A DNA stretch of 64,000 nucleotides from Candidatus Saccharimonadota bacterium (GTDB lineage Bacteria > Patescibacteriota > Saccharimonadia > Saccharimonadales > JACDBH01), in assembly GCA_028289135.1 (NCBI GenBank), contig JAQGGW010000002.1:36255-100254 (forward strand), in the 5' to 3' direction. Every line of letters starts with the position of its first letter. Position 1 is the first letter of the stretch. Made by a program: the position numbers and the translations under genes. The notes under the pieces were generated by a model that did no database searches, had not been told where the DNA came from, and was given only the letters and a program-made list of their open reading frames with translations. Shown piece after piece: positions 60,175-64,000 of this stretch.

Positions 60175-61161
60175 ATGTCAAACAATGGCTTTAATCTGTT
60201 ATACCTAAAGTCTCCATACAGGGATAGCGATGCTTCTACGCAAAAAACACAGGAAGCATATGGGTTTAAATTCGACCCTGTCGAAAAAGGTCAAATTGCC
60301 TTGGAAGCCACAACTCTTTTAGGAATTGTAAAGGATAGAGATCAGGCGCAGGAATGGCTTGTACGGGAGTTTACGGAACTTCGTGATGATTTAAACAAGA
60401 AAAAGGTAGTGTCTGAGGACCCTAAAACACGTAGGGTTGAACGATCACCGCTAGATGTTGCGCTAGAATTTGTCCGTAATCCTGAACATACTGCACGGTA
60501 TGTTAACCCTACATATGATTTGCCCAGCGTGACTACGCTTGAGCCCTTTCCGTCACTAAGTGGCTCAGGGTTTGCTGCCGCTGATCTCATGCGGAACGCA
60601 AGCGCAATGCGGTTTTTCGGCCGACGAGGACCACAGTACAGGGGGCTTTTGCATACAGACGGACGGACAAGTACATGGACTTATGAAAATCGTTTTAAGT
60701 TTAATACTTTTGGCGGTGAAAACTGGCTTAAGAGCAATGGCTACCCAAATCACGAAGGCGAGGTAATGGTAGTTCGGGCACTTATAGGGAAGGGCCATGT
60801 AACTCCAAACGAGTCTGACGCGCGCAAGAACGAGCGTCATGAAGTTGGGCTGTTACCTCAAAAATCGGGCAGAGAAATGGCGGAAGCATTAGACGGGTTA
60901 CAGGATAAGCTATCTATTCATGACATTGGAGTTTCGCGTCTCACATTATCTGACTATATTATTTTGAACGCAATGCGTGTTGTCGAAGGTGTACCGTTAG
61001 CGAGCGGCTTGGAGTTGCCTGGCTGGGGAAGCCGCAATATTTCTGTCAGCGCCCATCAAAATACGGTCTTTCTACAAGAGTCTGATAATCCTAGTCTAAG
61101 AAACACATATGGAACTGGAGTTGTGCTGACTCGTACCGCGCCGCAGCAAACAATATCTTAA
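60175..61161 (+). CDS. Hypothetical protein
   Basis: 328-aa ORF with a TGCTATAAT promoter just upstream; no motif recognised. Confidence 0.6.
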   Translation: MSNNGFNLLYLKSPYRDSDASTQKTQEAYGFKFDPVEKGQIALEATTLLGIVKDRDQAQEWLVREFTELRDDLNKKKVVSEDPKTRRVERSPLDVALEFVRNPEHTARYVNPTYDLPSVTTLEPFPSLSGSGFAAADLMRNASAMRFFGRRGPQYRGLLHTDGRTSTWTYENRFKFNTFGGENWLKSNGYPNHEGEVMVVRALIGKGHVTPNESDARKNERHEVGLLPQKSGREMAEALDGLQDKLSIHDIGVSRLTLSDYIILNAMRVVEGVPLASGLELPGWGSRNISVSAHQNTVFLQESDNPSLRNTYGTGVVLTRTAPQQTIS

Positions 61162-61249
61162 ATCTGTTAAAAGTGGTTCACATAATTGACCAAAATACCA
61201 TATTAGGTTACAATTAACAGATTGAATAAACCTGTAAGGATACTTTTTT

Positions 61250-62053
61250 GTGGCAAATAGATTAAGAAATAGACGTGAAAGCCACGACCAAAATTTATCT
61301 CCTGATAACCGGTCTCGCGAAATTCCATTAGGCAAAGCGGCAGGCGCGACCGGTCTTGGTGTCGCTGCGTTTGTGGGCGTTTTTTGGGGTATTAGACCTC
61401 TTGTGGAGAGAAACTACACACCCGACACGCTCATGAATTTGGGTGCAGTATTGATCTCTGCCTCGTCAATTTATGTAGGGTTTAGTAGGTATTCAGAAAA
61501 AGTAAGTGATATCCCACTAGATGAAACACAAATTAAAAACCGTCATAAGAGGCGTAGAATTGCGACTGGGGCGCTTGGTTTAGGCGTAATACTGGGTGCT
61601 GTTGGTTGGGGGGCAATTCTTGATCGTGCAGACCAGCCAAGAACTCCAGTAGCTGCATCGTCAACAAGTAGCACTTCAGGGACTTCTGAAACCTCAACTG
61701 TCACTACACTAACAATCCCGAAGGGTAAAAAAGATTTAAGTGATGGCTCAGGCTGCGAAATTTTGCATTATTTTGTTAATTCAGACACTCTCAAAACAAA
61801 TGCTGAAATGACTGAATGGCACGATAGCGTGAAGGAATTAAAACTAGAGTTGTCCGAAATGACCCCACCTCTTTATACCGGGTCAATTGATGGGAATGCA
61901 GACCACGCGCTAACACTTGGAGTTGATAAGCTGCAGGGAATGGTGGGGATACCCGTTGAACTGCCTTGGGATGATCCGACATGCAAAGCGACTGCGTTAG
62001 GTGATGGCGATCCTAACACAAATCTGGTCACAAACCCGCCTGCAGGTCATTAG
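61250..62053 (+). CDS. Membrane protein with possible degenerate peptidoglycan-binding domain
   Basis: Three TM and a Ser/Thr linker, then VKELK..L....YTGSIDG.....L..GV.KLQ...GI resembling PG_binding_1. Confidence 0.55.
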   Translation: MANRLRNRRESHDQNLSPDNRSREIPLGKAAGATGLGVAAFVGVFWGIRPLVERNYTPDTLMNLGAVLISASSIYVGFSRYSEKVSDIPLDETQIKNRHKRRRIATGALGLGVILGAVGWGAILDRADQPRTPVAASSTSSTSGTSETSTVTTLTIPKGKKDLSDGSGCEILHYFVNSDTLKTNAEMTEWHDSVKELKLELSEMTPPLYTGSIDGNADHALTLGVDKLQGMVGIPVELPWDDPTCKATALGDGDPNTNLVTNPPAGH

Positions 62054-62093
62054 ACCAAAGTGGTATAATTAAACAATAAACCTTGGAGTTTGT

Positions 62094-62540
62094 ATGGGAA
62101 AAATTGGAAATACTTTAAAGAAACGTCACGCTATACCTTTATGGCTTATTGGTGGTGCGGCAATTGGCGCACTAATTGCTGCAAATAACGGTGATACTCA
62201 CGAGGCTGGCGTAAGTTTACATAATAAGATAGCTACCGCTGCACCTGTCGTAGGCAGTGTAGTTGGTGGTGGAGTTAACTTTGGCGAAGGTTTAGTTGGT
62301 GGAGATAGCGGAACTTTGCCATCAATCCGTATTAGCAACGGCAACACTTCTGAAACGACTCAAGTAACATTAGCAAATGGCAAAGAAGCGCCAACGCCAT
62401 ATAAGGGTGAAGGCTGGATTGAATTTTTGGAAGGAAGCTATGGAAAAACGTCAGAACAAGCACATGCATGTTATGGCTCGGTTATACTTCCTCACAATAT
62501 AGTTTTGCATGAAGTGCCAACCCTTGATCCTTGCGCATAA
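62094..62540 (+). CDS. Hypothetical membrane-anchored protein
   Basis: N-terminal TM, GGAG SD and TGGTATAAT upstream. Confidence 0.55.
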   Translation: MGKIGNTLKKRHAIPLWLIGGAAIGALIAANNGDTHEAGVSLHNKIATAAPVVGSVVGGGVNFGEGLVGGDSGTLPSIRISNGNTSETTQVTLANGKEAPTPYKGEGWIEFLEGSYGKTSEQAHACYGSVILPHNIVLHEVPTLDPCA

Positions 62541-62568
62541 CGGGTATTGATATTGCTATAATAGATAA

Positions 62569-64000
62569 GTGAACGAAGCACTACAGAAAAAGTTATTGAC
62601 CTTGCCCAAAGGCCCCGGTGTGTATTTTCATAAAAATGCCAAGGGGGAGATTATTTATATTGGGAAAGCGGCGCGGCTCAATATGCGTGTCCGGCAGTAT
62701 TTTCAAAAATCCCGGGTTCGCGACCCAAAAACCGACGCGTTGGTGCTAGAAATTTTTGATACCACTTGGATTGAGGTCGAGACAGAACTTGATGCGTTGT
62801 TTTTGGAAGCCGAACTTATCCGCAGATATCTGCCGCCGTACAACATTTTGCTGCGAGACGATAAATCTTTAAGTTTTGTGCGGATAGATATTAAAAACGA
62901 CCATCCGACAGTTTCACTTGAGCACCGGCCGCTGGATGACGGCGCGCAGTATTTTGGGCCGTATTACAGCGCCTACAGTGTTAGAAAAGCTCTCAAGTTT
63001 TTGCGGCGGATTTTTCCGTTTGACTGGAAAAAGCCGGCCAAAGCCGCCAAGCGTGCAACACTGGATTATCACATTGGCCTTAGCCCCGGGCTGGAGCAAA
63101 ATAAAACAAGCCTGGAAGATTACCGCGCAAATCTCCGCCAGTTGGCACGCTATCTTAAGGGCGAGCGCAAAAGCATCATGAACGAAATGGAGCGGGACAT
63201 GAAAAAGGCCGCCAAAAACAAAGAGTTTGAGATGGCCGCTGTGTACCGTAATAAATTCCGCGCGCTGGAAAGCCTGCACAAACAGATCGTATTCAGCGAC
63301 CGCGAATTTATGGACATGAGCAAGGACGCGGGCCTGGCCGACCTGACTGAGCTACTAGGCCTGGACAAAATCCCGCGCCGGATCGAGGGCTACGACATCA
63401 GCCACATGGGCGGGACTGATACAGTTGCAAGCATGGTGGTTTTCCAGAGTGGGCTGCCGGACAAAGCAGCATACCGCAAGTTTAAAATGCGCATCCCCGG
63501 CAACGACGACTTTGCCCACATGCGTGAGGTAATGGAGCGGCGCTTGCACGAGCCAAATGTAAAGCAGTGGGGCATGCCAAATTTATATTTAATCGACGGT
63601 GGCAAAGGCCAGCTGAGCAGCGCGCTGGAAATTTTGGGTGCACATGAAATTAAGCTGCCGGCTATTGGCCTGGCTAAGCAGTTTGAGGAAATTGTCATTA
63701 AAAAAGACTGGCCGCATGTAAAGCTTAACGAAGCCAAGGTGCGTGAACTAAACGGTGTTATTTTGGAATCGGACGATTTTTGGATGGTGAATCTGCCTAA
63801 CAACTCGCACATTATTAAACTGCTGCAGCGCATCCGTGACGAATCACACCGATTTGCGGTGAGTTACCACACAGTGCTAAAGCGGGCGCGGAATGTTGGC
63901 AGCATGCTTGACGACATCCCAACAATTGGCCCCACAACGCGCAAAAAACTGCTGCGCGAATTTGGCAGCTATAAAGGCGTCCAGCAGGCACGGGACTTTG
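62569..64000 (+). CDS. uvrC: Excinuclease ABC subunit C (runs off window end)
   Basis: GTG start; LPKGPGVYF...IIYIGKA..L..RVRQYF (GIY-YIG), EGYDISH, IDGGKGQ and RIRDESHRFA. Missing from the track because it is truncated. Confidence 0.95.
   Translation, partial: MNEALQKKLLTLPKGPGVYFHKNAKGEIIYIGKAARLNMRVRQYFQKSRVRDPKTDALVLEIFDTTWIEVETELDALFLEAELIRRYLPPYNILLRDDKSLSFVRIDIKNDHPTVSLEHRPLDDGAQYFGPYYSAYSVRKALKFLRRIFPFDWKKPAKAAKRATLDYHIGLSPGLEQNKTSLEDYRANLRQLARYLKGERKSIMNEMERDMKKAAKNKEFEMAAVYRNKFRALESLHKQIVFSDREFMDMSKDAGLADLTELLGLDKIPRRIEGYDISHMGGTDTVASMVVFQSGLPDKAAYRKFKMRIPGNDDFAHMREVMERRLHEPNVKQWGMPNLYLIDGGKGQLSSALEILGAHEIKLPAIGLAKQFEEIVIKKDWPHVKLNEAKVRELNGVILESDDFWMVNLPNNSHIIKLLQRIRDESHRFAVSYHTVLKRARNVGSMLDDIPTIGPTTRKKLLREFGSYKGVQQARDF

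Overview
This is a 64-kb chromosomal segment of a small-genome bacterium. Gene content and protein families point to Candidatus Saccharibacteria (TM7, Patescibacteria/CPR); that placement is an inference, not a database result. The code is standard table 11. The housekeeping backbone comprises ssrA (tmRNA), metG, tatD, a cysteine desulfurase, mnmA, a short alaS, an FtsA-like gene, ruvX/yqgF, mltG, obgE, sbcB, uvrA, dedA, rplY, trhO and a partial uvrC. The most notable accessory region is a ~15-kb block between the normally adjacent cysteine desulfurase and mnmA genes. It holds a divergent F1-ATPase-like operon (b-, delta-, alpha-, gamma-, beta- and epsilon-like) with no subunit a. Its c-like hairpin lacks the ion-binding carboxylate and is fused to an extracellular domain. 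Next come four secreted WxL/pilin-like paralogs, a DUF916-like chaperone/anchor and a PKD anchor protein. Other points of interest: cognate-amino-acid-rich leader peptides upstream of metG (Met) and alaS (Ala), which suggest attenuation; three families of dispersed long-hairpin repeats, two with compensatory changes; a structured ~210-nt leader and possible ATT start for a LysM/CHAP hydrolase; widespread apparently leaderless genes; a fasciclin-DipZ-glutaredoxin operon with a divergent MarR; a trehalase; and three tandem ABC exporters. No CRISPR array, rRNA, tRNA, integrase or transposase was seen.
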